DNA of 64,000 nt from an uncultured Desulfobacterales bacterium (lineage in GTDB: Bacteria; Desulfobacterota; Desulfobaccia; Desulfobaccales; 0-14-0-80-60-11): the NCBI GenBank assembly GCA_964618815.1, contig CAZUBT010000006.1, positions 739 to 64,738 of the forward strand, given 5' to 3'. A program made the position numbers and the translations under genes. Positions 38,214 to 49,316 of the stretch are shown here, piece after piece. Under the pieces are notes generated by a model, which ran no database searches, was not told where the DNA came from, and saw only the letters and a list, made by a program, of their open reading frames with translations. The stretch's first letter is position 1; the number at the start of each line of letters is the position of its first letter.

Positions 38214-38986
38214 TATGGCGTCCCCTCTTCTTCCACTAGGCGATTACGTAACGTGCCGATGCCTTCCACCCGGATTTCCACCACGTCTCCCACCCGCATG
38301 GGGCCGATGCCCGAAGGGGTCCCGGTGGCGATGACGTCCCCGGGCAGCAGGGTCATGATCCGGGAGATAAAAGCAATCAAATAAGCCACTCCGAAGACCA
38401 TATTGTTGGTATTGGAATGCTGGCGCCGTTCTCCGTTCAAATAAGCTTCCACCGTGAGATGGTCCGGGTCCGAAATCTCTGTTTCGATCCAGGGGCCCAT
38501 GGCCGCGAAGGTGTCGAAGCTTTTGGAGCGGGTGAACTGGCCGTCTTTCTTTTGCAGGTCCCGGGCGGTGACGTCGTTGAAGCAGGTGTACCCCAGAACA
38601 TAGTCAAAAGCCTGCTCTTCCGGGACGTGCCGGGCGGTTTTGCCGATGACCACCGCCAGTTCCGCCTCGTAGTCCACCCGCCGGGACATGCGGGGATAGA
38701 CGATATCCTCATCCGGCCCGATGACGGCAGTGCTGGGCTTCATGAAGATCAGGGGCTCATCGGGCACCGGGTGTCCGAACTCCGCGGCATGGTCCTTATA
38801 ATTCAGGCCCAGGGCGACAATCTTGCTGGGTTCGCAGGGGGCTAAGAGGGTAACCTCACTCAGCTCCATGCCCTCCCCGCTTTTGACCAGGCCGCTATAC
38901 GGGGTATCCCACAAGGGGTAAACTTTTTCCCCTTCCAAGATGGCATAACCTGACCGCCCCTCCCAAGAGAATCTCACCAGTCGCAT
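38213..38986 (-). CDS. fumarylacetoacetate hydrolase (FAH) family protein
   Basis: KI..LGLNY.DH, DYE.ELA.VIG, SKS.D.F motifs of the FAH/HpcE family. Confidence 0.85.
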   Translation of the reverse strand: MRLVRFSWEGRSGYAILEGEKVYPLWDTPYSGLVKSGEGMELSEVTLLAPCEPSKIVALGLNYKDHAAEFGHPVPDEPLIFMKPSTAVIGPDEDIVYPRMSRRVDYEAELAVVIGKTARHVPEEQAFDYVLGYTCFNDVTARDLQKKDGQFTRSKSFDTFAAMGPWIETEISDPDHLTVEAYLNGERRQHSNTNNMVFGVAYLIAFISRIMTLLPGDVIATGTPSGIGPMRVGDVVEIRVEGIGTLRNRLVEEEGTP

Positions 38987-39789
38987 TACTTCAACCCCAA
39001 AACATCCTGCATGTCATAGAGGCCGGGAGCCTGACCGGTGATCCACAGAGCGGCGCGCACCGCGCCCCGGGCGAAGTTGTCCCGGTTGTGGGCCCGGTGG
39101 ATGATTTCCAGCCGTTCGCCGATGCCCCCGAACATCACGGTGTGTTCCCCCACGATGTCCCCGGCCCGCACAGTTTGCACGCCGATCTCATCTTTGGTGC
39201 GCTCGCCGATGATGCCTTTGCGCTCGTACACCCCCACTTTGTCCAAATCCCGGCTTAAAGCCTGGGCGATGACCTGGGCCAGTTTCAGCGCGGTGCCGCT
39301 GGGCGCGTCCTTTTTCAGGCGGTGGTGGGCCTCCACGATCTCCACGTCATAGCCGTCGTGGAGCACCCGGGCGATATTTTCCACCACCTTGAACATCAGA
39401 TTGACGCCGACGCTCATGTTGGGGGCGAAGACCACCCGGGTGGTGGCGGCCAGATCTTTGAGTTCCGCCACCTGGGCCGCAGACAGGCCGGTGGTGCCGA
39501 TAACCACGGCTTTCCCGGCCGCGGCCGCGGCTTTCAGATGAGTTAGGGTAGGCTCCGGATGGGTGAAATCAATCAACACGTCACACTGGGGCAAAACTTC
39601 GGCCAGGGAGCCGCTGACCTTGATACCCTTGGCCGGCAGGCCCACCACTTCGCCCACGTCCTTGCCCACCCCGGGGTGATCCGGGCGCTCGAAGGCTCCG
39701 GCCAGGACGATGCCCTCCACGCCCTCCATCATATGAATGATGCGGCCGCCCATGCGCCCCCCGGCGCCGGCCACGATGGCCTTGATCAT
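38986..39789 (-). CDS. dapB: 4-hydroxy-tetrahydrodipicolinate reductase
   Basis: GAGGRMG Rossmann start; [11 protein letters not shown] motif. Confidence 0.95.
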   Translation of the reverse strand: MIKAIVAGAGGRMGGRIIHMMEGVEGIVLAGAFERPDHPGVGKDVGEVVGLPAKGIKVSGSLAEVLPQCDVLIDFTHPEPTLTHLKAAAAAGKAVVIGTTGLSAAQVAELKDLAATTRVVFAPNMSVGVNLMFKVVENIARVLHDGYDVEIVEAHHRLKKDAPSGTALKLAQVIAQALSRDLDKVGVYERKGIIGERTKDEIGVQTVRAGDIVGEHTVMFGGIGERLEIIHRAHNRDNFARGAVRAALWITGQAPGLYDMQDVLGLK

Positions 39790-39803
39790 ATAGCCTCCTT
39801 GCG

Positions 39804-39928
39804 GGGTTCAAAGTTCAAAGTTCAAGGTTCAAGGTTGAAAATCTTGAACCTTGAACCGTTTAAAACCCAAGTTAAAAGTTGAGTTGTTGAACTCTTAGCT
39901 TTGAACTTTGAACCTTGAACCTTGAACT
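39804..39928. repeat. GGTTCAA/TTGAACC heptamer arrays filling the dapB-dapA spacer
   Basis: 39804-39857 (self-complementary) and 39886-39928 abutting the dapA stop codon. Confidence 0.9.
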
Positions 39929-40802
39929 ACTTTATCAACCCATAACCCTGCATGACCTGACGCAGCTTATCCTCGTTGGCCGGGGACATGGCCCACAGGG
40001 GCTGGCGCACTTCGCCGGTAATTTTACCCATGAGTTTCAGCGCGGTTTTGGCCGGCGCGGGGTTGGTCTCATAGAACATGGCTTCCATCAGGGGCCACAT
40101 CTTGTAGTGGAGTTTCCGCGCCCCTGCCAGGTCTCCCGCGAAGAAGGCGTTGCACATGCCGGCCATGTCGCCGGGGGTGACGTTGGAGGTCACGGAAATC
40201 ACCCCGTGGCCGCCAATGGCCAACAGGGGCAGCACGGTGAAGTCGTCCCCGGAAAGCATGATGATTTTATCGCCGCACAGTTCCAGGATTTTGGCGCACT
40301 GCTTCAGGTCCCCGGTGGCCTCCTTGATGCCCACGATGTTGGGCAGCCCCATCAGCCGGGCCATGGTCTCCGGCAGCAGATTCAGGCTGGTGCGGCTGGG
40401 GACGTTATACACCACGATGGGAATCTTCACCTGGGTGGCGATGGTTTTGTAGTGCTGATACAGGCCCTCTTGGGTGGGTTTATTGTAGTAAGGAGTGATC
40501 ATCAGCGCAAAGTCCGCACCCGCGGCCTGGGCGTGTTTGGTCAGCTCCACGGCTTCCGCGGTGTTGTTGGAGCCGGAGCCGGCCACCACGGGGACGCGTT
40601 TTTTCACCTGGTCGATGCAGATCTCCACCACCCGTTTGTGTTCCGCATGGGAGAGGGTGGGGGACTCGCCGGTGGTGCCGCACGGCACGATGCCATGAAT
40701 GCCTCCCTGGATCTGGAACTCGATGAGTTCCCGGTAAGCCGCCTCGTCGAGTCGGCCTTCCTTGAAGGGAGTGACAATCGCCGTAATTGCGCCCTTCAAC
40801 AT
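39927..40802 (-). CDS. dapA: 4-hydroxy-tetrahydrodipicolinate synthase
   Basis: GAITAIVTPF...GTTGES.TLS...YNVP.RT...GIKEA motifs. Confidence 0.95.
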   Translation of the reverse strand: MLKGAITAIVTPFKEGRLDEAAYRELIEFQIQGGIHGIVPCGTTGESPTLSHAEHKRVVEICIDQVKKRVPVVAGSGSNNTAEAVELTKHAQAAGADFALMITPYYNKPTQEGLYQHYKTIATQVKIPIVVYNVPSRTSLNLLPETMARLMGLPNIVGIKEATGDLKQCAKILELCGDKIIMLSGDDFTVLPLLAIGGHGVISVTSNVTPGDMAGMCNAFFAGDLAGARKLHYKMWPLMEAMFYETNPAPAKTALKLMGKITGEVRQPLWAMSPANEDKLRQVMQGYGLIK

Positions 40803-40817
40803 GATGATGTTTCCTCC

Positions 40818-41651
40818 TTACATGAGTTCATCAACCCACAACTCGCCTTGATATACCACCAGGGCCGGGCCTTCCAGATAGACGTCGGTGAAGGCCTCGC
40901 CTTGGGAGCGGAAATAGATGGTAAGGATTTCGCCCCCCCGAGTGCCCACGGCCACGGGGGACGCGGCCAGACCTAAGCGGGCGGCGATGAGCGCCGCGGC
41001 CACCGCGCCGGTGCCGCAGGCTAGGGTTTCGTCCTCCACGCCCCGTTCATAGGTGCGCACCTCCAGGGAGTGCTGTCCCTTGAAGTGGATAAAATTGACA
41101 TTGGTCCCCGCGGGTTGAAACATCTGATGAAACCGCACTTCCCGGCCCCAAGCCGTAACCGGAACGTTCTCCAGGTCATTAACCGGGACCACCACGTGGG
41201 GGACGCCCACCTTCATAAAGTGGCCCAAGAGGGCGGCGTCGCTCAGAGGAATCTGGAGATTGAGGCGAACCTCGCCCACGCCGGCCATGAGCAGCCGTAC
41301 ACGGCGGTCCTGGACTTCCGCGTGGATGATCCCCGCCAGGGTCTCAAAGGTCATCTTCTCCGGGGCCAGGCCCAGAAGGACCGCAAAGCGGGCGGCGCAG
41401 CGGCCGCCATTGCCGCACATCTCCGCTTCCGAGCCGTCGGCGTTGTAAAAGCGCCAGCGGAAGTGGGCGTTCTCGGAGCGCTCCAGGAGAATCAACCCGT
41501 CCGCGCCTACGCCCACCTTCCGGGCGCAGACCATCCGGGCGAAGCGGGGCTGCTCCGGTTCGGGAATGATCCGGTGGCGGTGGTCGATGAGGATAAAGTC
41601 GTTGCCCCCGCCATGCATCTTGTAAAACGGGATGCGTCTCGGGCTGTCCAT
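40818..41651 (-). CDS. dapF: diaminopimelate epimerase
   Basis: FYKMHGGGNDFILID N-terminus and two catalytic Cys motifs (MCGNGGRC, ACGTGAVA); start set to the ATG at 41651, outside the repeat element. Confidence 0.9.
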   Translation of the reverse strand: MDSPRRIPFYKMHGGGNDFILIDHRHRIIPEPEQPRFARMVCARKVGVGADGLILLERSENAHFRWRFYNADGSEAEMCGNGGRCAARFAVLLGLAPEKMTFETLAGIIHAEVQDRRVRLLMAGVGEVRLNLQIPLSDAALLGHFMKVGVPHVVVPVNDLENVPVTAWGREVRFHQMFQPAGTNVNFIHFKGQHSLEVRTYERGVEDETLACGTGAVAAALIAARLGLAASPVAVGTRGGEILTIYFRSQGEAFTDVYLEGPALVVYQGELWVDELM

Positions 41652-41903
41652 CGAGAGAATACCTTTTAACTGGTTTCCAAGTTCCTGCCTTGAAAAGTTC
41701 AAAGTTCAAGGTTCAAAGTTCAAAGTTAGGAGTATGTCCATCAGGACATTTCATAATTTACGGGTGAGCTGAAGACTTATGGTCAACTGCTTGGGAACGC
41801 CATTTTTTGTCCAAGCTCCGCTCGGGCAGCTTAATGATTCAATAAATTTAATCGGTTAATAAATATTGACAAAGCGGGAGCTTGGGAACCGGATTAAACC
41901 ATC

Positions 41904-43160
41904 CTATCTTAAAAATTCAGGGATGCTTTCCCCCCAGATAAGCTGGCGGTAAGTCTCCCTTTTCCTGATAACATAAAAATCGCCATCTTTCACCAAGATT
42001 TCCGCCACCCGGGGCCGGGCGTTGTAATTGGAACTCATGGAAAAGCCGTAAGCCCCGGCGCTCATCACCGCCACCAGTTCCCCCGGCTGAAACGCCGGCA
42101 TCTGCCGGTTTTTGGCCAGGAAATCCCCGGACTCGCAGATGGGCCCCACTAAGGACGCGGTGACCTGGGGGCGCTCCCCCTGGCTCACCGGGCACAGGGC
42201 GTGGAAAGAGCCGTAGAGGCTGGGCCGGGCCAGGTCGTTCATGCCCGCGTCGCAGATGATGAAATGCTTGGCTTCGCTTTCCTTGGTATAGAGCACCCGG
42301 GTCACCAGGATGCCGGCATTGCCCACCAGCACCCTTCCCGGCTCCAGGATCAGGGTCAGGTTCAGGCCCTGGAGTTTTGCCAGGAGCTTCCTGCCGTATT
42401 CCGCGGGGTGCGGGGGGGCTTCCTGGTCATATTGGATGCCCAGGCCGCCCCCCAGGTCCAGGTAGCGGATGCGGATGCCCGCGCCGGCCAGGCGTTGAAT
42501 CAACTCCTTGAGGCGTTCCAGGGCCTCCACAAAGGGGCCCACCTCGGTGATCTGGGAGCCGATGTGGCAGGCGATGCCCATGACCTCCAGGTGGGGCAGC
42601 TTCTGGGCCAGAATGTAGTCTTCCAGGGCCTGGTCGATGTCGATGCCGAATTTATTCTTTTTTAGACCCGTGGAAATGTAGGGGTGGGTCTGGGGATCGA
42701 TATTCGGGTTAATGCGCAGTGCCACGGGGGCCTTTTTCCCCATGCGCCCGGCGATGGCGTTGACCTTTTCCAGTTCCTGGGAGGACTCCAGGTTGAACAG
42801 GAGAATCCCGGCCTTCAGGGCCGCTCGGATCTCTTCGGGGCGCTTGCCCACCCCGGAATAGACCACCTTGCCCGGGTCCACCCCGGCCTGCATGGCCCGG
42901 TAAAGTTCGCCGCCGGAGACGATGTCCGCGCCTGCGCCCAGCCCGGCGAAGAGCCGCAAAATGGCCAGGTTGGAGTTGGCCTTCACCGCAAAGCAGACTA
43001 TGTGGGGAAATCCCTTAAAGGCCGCGTCGAACACCTGGAAATGGTGGCTCAAGGTGGCGTGGCTGTAACAGTAAAAGGGAGTGCCCACTTTCTCGGCAAT
43101 CCGCCGGAGTGGGGTCTGTTCGCAGTAAAGTTCGCCATGTTGGTAGTGAAAGTGATGCAT
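41904..43160 (-). CDS. lysA: diaminopimelate decarboxylase
   Basis: 418 aa; FAVKAN PLP-lysine motif, LDLGGGLG, CESGD. Confidence 0.95.
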   Translation of the reverse strand: MHHFHYQHGELYCEQTPLRRIAEKVGTPFYCYSHATLSHHFQVFDAAFKGFPHIVCFAVKANSNLAILRLFAGLGAGADIVSGGELYRAMQAGVDPGKVVYSGVGKRPEEIRAALKAGILLFNLESSQELEKVNAIAGRMGKKAPVALRINPNIDPQTHPYISTGLKKNKFGIDIDQALEDYILAQKLPHLEVMGIACHIGSQITEVGPFVEALERLKELIQRLAGAGIRIRYLDLGGGLGIQYDQEAPPHPAEYGRKLLAKLQGLNLTLILEPGRVLVGNAGILVTRVLYTKESEAKHFIICDAGMNDLARPSLYGSFHALCPVSQGERPQVTASLVGPICESGDFLAKNRQMPAFQPGELVAVMSAGAYGFSMSSNYNARPRVAEILVKDGDFYVIRKRETYRQLIWGESIPEFLR

Positions 43161-43310
43161 TGATTTTCCCTGACTTTCGATAAGTCGGCCGTGGGGTTTT
43201 TGGATAACCCGATTATGCCTTTAACTCAATAAAAGAAGCGGTGGGACGGGCCTCCGTGCCCGCGATTTTTTTAAAATAGGCAGAATACGGCGGCCGCGGG
43301 CTGCCCTATA

Positions 43311-43430
43311 ATACCGATCCGCAGTCAAACGTATATTTTTTGTGGGGGCGAATCTTGTATTCGCCCCTAGCTGGAGGGCGAACACAAGGTTCGCCCCTAC
43401 AATTTGATGCCTTTTGAATGCGACTTGGTA
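43311..43430. repeat. MITE-like element with family D REPIN doublet and symmetric ATACC..GCAGTCAAA ends
   Basis: Related to 10451-10563 and 11772-11897. Confidence 0.7.
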
Positions 43431-43470
43431 AAAATACCACTTCTTTTTGCTGACCGCTGACAGCTGACAG

Positions 43471-44628
43471 TTAAAATGTAACCCCCGCCTCTTCCGACGG
43501 CAGGCTTTCATTGGCTCGGCGGGAGTCATCCACCGCGGTGACGGAATAGTAATACGTTCTCCCCTTAACCACGTTGGTATCCACAAAATATGGCCGGGTG
43601 ACCAATTGGGGCGTCAGACGGGCCGCCGCGGCCTCTCCCGCGCCCCGGCGATAGACCCGGTAGCCCGCCAGGTCCGCGGCCGGGCTGGGGTCCCAGCGCG
43701 CTTCCAACCCCTGGGAGGTGGGCACCACCACCAGGTTCAACAAGGGCGGCGGCGGGGTGCGGTCTTCGGGCATGGCTATTTGCAGAGGCGAATTCTGGCT
43801 TTCTATCAGGTCTTCCCCCAGCTGGCGCACGGCCCGCACCGTGTAAGTGTATTCCACATCATTCAAGACCGCCACATCCTGAAAGTCGGTTTGGACCACC
43901 GGCTTGGGCGTCACCCTGAGCCAACCGCTGCTCCCGGAGCGGCGATAAATCAGGTAGCCGGCCAGGTCCCGGAGAGGGCTGCCGTCCTGGAACTGGGACA
44001 CGGGGGCCCAAGCCAGCCGCACCTGCTTGTCTCCCGGAGCCGCTTTGAGGTCCCGAGGCCCCCGGGGCAGCAGGCCCCAGGCGTGGTTCAACACCGGGGA
44101 CCAGGTCCCCGGGTACCGGTCGGTATCATAACCTGCCGCGCGGTAGTAATAACGGCGGTCCGGCTTCAGGTCCCGGTCCTGGTATAATACCGACTCCCCC
44201 CGCACCTGGCCCACTTTGGCATAAGCCAGGTCAATATCCGCCACGGTGAGGAACTGCGTTGAAGCCGCGGGCGCAGGCCGGACCCCTTTAACTTCCGCCC
44301 GTTCCAGACGAAACCCCTGGAGGCGAGTCAGCGGCCGCCCCAGCAGGTCCTCCTTGGGGAAGAGCCAGCTCAACACCAGGCTGTCGCCCTCCTGGGACAG
44401 GCGGAACTCCCGCACCGGCCCTGGCAATACCTCTTCAGGGGACAGCGGCGACATCTTCTTCCCGCAAGCCCCGGTTAGAAGGGCAAGGAGGAGGAGCAGG
44501 AGCGTAAGAATTTGGGGGAGGGCCGGGGGCCGACAAGTCCCCCGCCCTCCCTCACACCCCCTCCCCACCCCCTGTAAGGGGTTGGGAATGGGGGTATGGC
44601 GGCAGTGGCCGGACGCCCCTGCTTCCAT
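43471..44628 (-). CDS. lipoprotein with three fibronectin-type-III-like repeats
   Basis: Lipobox LLTGAC; three modules ending in L(A/T)GY.(I/V)YRR; start uncertain (ATG at 44628 gives a long pre-lipobox leader; the ORF-track N-terminus runs through a REP element). Confidence 0.55.
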   Translation of the reverse strand: MEAGASGHCRHTPIPNPLQGVGRGCEGGRGTCRPPALPQILTLLLLLLALLTGACGKKMSPLSPEEVLPGPVREFRLSQEGDSLVLSWLFPKEDLLGRPLTRLQGFRLERAEVKGVRPAPAASTQFLTVADIDLAYAKVGQVRGESVLYQDRDLKPDRRYYYRAAGYDTDRYPGTWSPVLNHAWGLLPRGPRDLKAAPGDKQVRLAWAPVSQFQDGSPLRDLAGYLIYRRSGSSGWLRVTPKPVVQTDFQDVAVLNDVEYTYTVRAVRQLGEDLIESQNSPLQIAMPEDRTPPPPLLNLVVVPTSQGLEARWDPSPAADLAGYRVYRRGAGEAAAARLTPQLVTRPYFVDTNVVKGRTYYYSVTAVDDSRRANESLPSEEAGVTF

Positions 44629-44732
44629 ACTCGAAAAATCCCTGTTTATCCGTTTTGCCACGATTGTCCTTATGGGGTGGCACAGGCTTTCCAGCCTGTG
44701 CATTAGACGCTGGTGAGATTGCCCCTTCCGCA

Positions 44733-46115
44733 TCAACCCAATCCCAACTCCTTTTCCACCCGGGCCAAGGCCTCTTCCACCCGCTCCGGCGCGGTGCCGC
44801 CGGGGGAGAGGCGCCTTCCCACGGAGGACTCGATGGTGAGCCAGTCAAAGATGTCTCCCGCCGCGGCGGGCGCGAATCGCTGAATTTCATCCAGGCTGAG
44901 CTCCCACAACTCCTTCCCCTGGGCTTCGGCGTAACCCACCGTGCGCCCCACCTGCTCGTGCGCGGTGCGGAAGGGGACGCCTTGGGTCACCAGGTAATCG
45001 GCCAGGTCCGTGGCGGTGAGGAAGCCGCCGTGCAACGCCCGGGCCATGCCTTCCGGGCGGATGGTCAACGCGGCCAGCAACCCGGCCATCAATTCCACGG
45101 ACGCGGTCACCGTATCCACCGTGTCAAACAGGGGTTCCTTATCCTCCTGGAGGTCCCGGTTATAGGTGAGGGGCAGGCCCTTCAGGATCATCAGCAGGCT
45201 CATGAGATTCCCGGTAACCCGGCCGCATTTGCCCCGGATGAGCTCCGGCACATCGGGGTTTTTCTTCTGGGGCATGATGGAGGAGCCGGTGGCGTAAGCG
45301 TCCGGCAGGGTCACAAAGCCGAACTCCGGGCCGGACCAGAGGATGAGTTCTTCCGACAGGCGGCTTAAATGCACCATGATGATGGCGGCCTGGGACAGAA
45401 ATTCCACCAGGAAATCCCGGTCGCTCACCGCGTCCAGACTGTTGCGGAAGACCTCCGGAAAGCCCACTTGCTCCGCGACATACTGCGGGTCGATGGGAAA
45501 GGTGGTGCCCGCTAAGGCCGCGGCCCCCAGTGGGGAGACCCGGATGCGGGCCAGGGATTCATGCAGCCGCGCCTGGTCCCGGACCCACATTTCATCGTAG
45601 GCCAGCAGATGGTGAGAAAAAAGCACCGGCTGGGCCCGTTGCAAGTGGGTATAACCAGGCATCTTAACCCCAAAATGGGCCCGGGCCAGCCGCGCCCCGG
45701 CCCGGCGCAGGTCCGTGAGCCGGTCAATCAGGGTCTCCACCGCGTCGGCCAGGTAAAGGCGCACGTCCAGGGCCACCTGGTCGTTCCGGCTCCTGGCGGT
45801 GTGGAGCTTGCGGCCCTCGTCGCCGATTTTGGCGATAAGCCGGGCCTCGATGGCCATGTGGATGTCTTCCAGGGCGGGGTCGAAGACGAACTCCCCGGAT
45901 TCGATCTCCTGCTGGATTTCTGCCAGCCCCTGAACGATCTGCCCCGCGTCGTCCGGGGTGATGATGCCCTGGCGGGCCAGCATCCGGGCATGGGCCATGG
46001 ACCCGGCGATATCCTGGCGATAGAGGCGCCGGTCGAAGTGCAAAGAACAGGTGAAGCGCTCCACCTGCTTTTCCGTGTCGCCGATAAAGCGTCCGCCCCA
46101 GGGTTTTTTGGGCAT
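44733..46115 (-). CDS. argH: argininosuccinate lyase
   Basis: 460 aa; GSSIMPQKKNPD signature. Confidence 0.95.
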   Translation of the reverse strand: MPKKPWGGRFIGDTEKQVERFTCSLHFDRRLYRQDIAGSMAHARMLARQGIITPDDAGQIVQGLAEIQQEIESGEFVFDPALEDIHMAIEARLIAKIGDEGRKLHTARSRNDQVALDVRLYLADAVETLIDRLTDLRRAGARLARAHFGVKMPGYTHLQRAQPVLFSHHLLAYDEMWVRDQARLHESLARIRVSPLGAAALAGTTFPIDPQYVAEQVGFPEVFRNSLDAVSDRDFLVEFLSQAAIIMVHLSRLSEELILWSGPEFGFVTLPDAYATGSSIMPQKKNPDVPELIRGKCGRVTGNLMSLLMILKGLPLTYNRDLQEDKEPLFDTVDTVTASVELMAGLLAALTIRPEGMARALHGGFLTATDLADYLVTQGVPFRTAHEQVGRTVGYAEAQGKELWELSLDEIQRFAPAAAGDIFDWLTIESSVGRRLSPGGTAPERVEEALARVEKELGLG

Positions 46116-46274
46116 GGTGTCACCGTTATTTATTTGAGCTTAGAAAAATTTAACCACAAAGACACCAAGAACACCGAGGGTCACAAAGAAGTTTTCTATC
46201 GGCGTCCTGCCTTGACGCCGATAAATATTCCTTGGCGTATCTTTATGCCCTTTGGGTCTTGGTGGCAACTTCTT

Positions 46275-46709
46275 CTATTGCCGCGTAAAAGGAAAGCCGC
46301 AGGCTTCGCACCGGGCTTCCTTAAGAGACTCCGCGTCCGCCAGCTTCTGCAACTGCCCGCACTGCCGGCAGCGGGTCACCGGCCGGTAATCGATCCAGCC
46401 CACATCCTTCCAGTACTTCAGGGTGCCGTATTTTCGCCGGTAAAGATAAATGGGATACAGCAATCCCAGAATAATCAGGTGCGCCAGGCCGATGAAGAAA
46501 AACTTCCAGGAAACCAGAATCCCCAGTCCCATGCCCAGGAGAAAGGTGGCCGACAGGCGCCAGGATTTGTCCCAAATTCTCCGGTCCGCAAAGGTCCAGG
46601 GGACCCGCACCCCGATCCACCAGTTGGGGCCGGGCCGCCAGAAGAACATCAGCAGTCCCGAGCCGCCGAAGAGCGCCGCCAGAAGGTATTTGAGTTCGCC
46701 GGGTATCAA
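46275..46709 (-). CDS. SdpI/YhfL-like membrane protein with C-terminal CxxC...CxxC zinc ribbon
   Basis: NWWIGVRVPWTFADRRIW resembles the SdpI-family motif; 3-4 TM segments; tail CRQCG...CEACG. Confidence 0.55.
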   Translation of the reverse strand: MIPGELKYLLAALFGGSGLLMFFWRPGPNWWIGVRVPWTFADRRIWDKSWRLSATFLLGMGLGILVSWKFFFIGLAHLIILGLLYPIYLYRRKYGTLKYWKDVGWIDYRPVTRCRQCGQLQKLADAESLKEARCEACGFPFTRQ

Positions 46710-46722
46710 TGGGGCCAGTCTT

Positions 46723-46866
46723 CGGTTTTCAGTTTTCGGTTTTTGGCGGTTTCATGCCGACGATCATTTCTTTACGGACGCAAAGACAGAGCAAAATGTC
46801 TCACGTCAAGATGCCAAGACGCCAAGACCGCTAAGAACAATGGTGAACCGCCGCCCCGGGCGGCGG
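46723..46866 (+). repeat. about 140-bp direct repeat, copy 1 (CGGTTTT array, TTTCATGCC..ATCATTTCTTTACGGACGCAAAGACAGAGCAAAATGTC, GC hairpin)
   Basis: Second copy at 47040-47174, high identity over the first 90 nt or so. Confidence 0.85.
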
Positions 46867-47039
46867 TTCGTCGGGTGTGACGGTGAGCTTGCCCCATCCC
46901 ACATCTAATTACCTCCTCCCGACCCCCTTTCTTGGGCCCGCCGGGGGAGGGGGGGAGGTAGTGTGGGCCGGTTTAGCCCAGGTTTACCGGCGCCGGCCAG
47001 TTTACCGACGCCGTGCTCGCCTGCCAAGATGTTAGAAAC

Positions 47040-47174
47040 CGGTTTTCAGTTTTCGGTTTTCGGCGGTTTCATGCCAATGATCATTTCTTTACGGACGCAA
47101 AGACAGAGCAAAATGTCCCACTCCAAGACGCCGAGACCGTCAAGGAAAAATGTGAAATGCCGCCCCGGGCGCGC
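47040..47174 (+). repeat. about 140-bp direct repeat, copy 2
   Basis: See 46723-46866. Confidence 0.85.
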
Positions 47175-47195
47175 TTGAGCCGGCGTCAACGGGCT

Positions 47196-47885
47196 TTAAT
47201 AGGGGCTTTGCGTCCCCCCGGAAGTTGCGCTTTGCTTAAAAGATTCCAACTCGTAAGTTATCACTTCTGAGAACACCACTTTATCACCCTTTTTCTTGTT
47301 GATGGTGGTTACGCCTTTCACCCACCCCACGTGGGGGGCGTACCAGTTCTCCGACTCCAGGGTGGCCGTGGCGCCGTCGGCCAGGGTTCGCACCGACTTG
47401 CCGTTTTGTTTGAGCCTGAGGCAATCCTTGAAGGTTCCCGCCGGGACCTTGACCTGTTCGGTTAAGCCGGTGATGGTCAGATTGACTTTCATTTCCGCCT
47501 GTCCCAGGTTTTGCGCAATATCCCAGGCGCTTCCGACTCTAATGGGGGCCTTGAGATAATAAAGGGGGGGGGCGGTCTTCTTGGGCTCAGTATCCCCCGG
47601 GGTTTGCGCCGCCACCTGATAGACCCCGCTCTTATCTTCCGTGGCAAAGGTATAATGGATGGAGCCTTCGCTTTCCCATTTCCGGGGTGTGACGTTTTTT
47701 TCAAACAAAGTTCGCTGGGCCAGGTTGGTAATTTTTAATTTCCGGGCCTTGGCCTTATCGGAACTGATTTTGTACTCCCAAGTCATATCCGGGTTTTCGG
47801 GATAATATTTTTGCGCCTCACCGCCTTGACCCGGAAATAAGCCTCCCAGGAAAAGCAGCCCGATAAACATGAAACGGTTTTTCAT
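47196..47885 (-). CDS. secreted protein of unknown function
   Basis: Start set to MKNRFMFIGLLFLGGLF signal peptide; beta-rich sequence; no family recognised. Confidence 0.55.
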   Translation of the reverse strand: MKNRFMFIGLLFLGGLFPGQGGEAQKYYPENPDMTWEYKISSDKAKARKLKITNLAQRTLFEKNVTPRKWESEGSIHYTFATEDKSGVYQVAAQTPGDTEPKKTAPPLYYLKAPIRVGSAWDIAQNLGQAEMKVNLTITGLTEQVKVPAGTFKDCLRLKQNGKSVRTLADGATATLESENWYAPHVGWVKGVTTINKKKGDKVVFSEVITYELESFKQSATSGGTQSPY

Positions 47886-47977
47886 GATGAGTCCTTTGTC
47901 CCTATATGGGGGTGGGGAGGGGCGGAGACACAGGCTGAAAGCCTGTGCCACTATCTCCTAACCCCGGACCCCTCCCC

Positions 47978-49180
<1,203 letters not shown>

Positions 49181-49316
49181 AGCCTATACCTGTGATGATT
49201 TATTGTTTTGCTGAGGAATTTTTACTCCGATTATTGGTGCGTAAGACGCACCCTACATTTTTCACAGGCGGGACGCCTGTGCCACCAGGGATTATTTGCT
49301 TCCTGGCCCCTGGCCC

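Noticed and set aside
39915-40976. 353-aa plus-strand ORF opposite dapA/dapF
   Set aside because: Antisense to two well-supported genes, and it begins inside a heptamer array.
45561-46880. 439-aa plus-strand ORF spanning argH antisense, a spacer and the SdpI-like gene antisense
   Set aside because: Crosses intergenic repeats and two real minus-strand genes; composition artefact.
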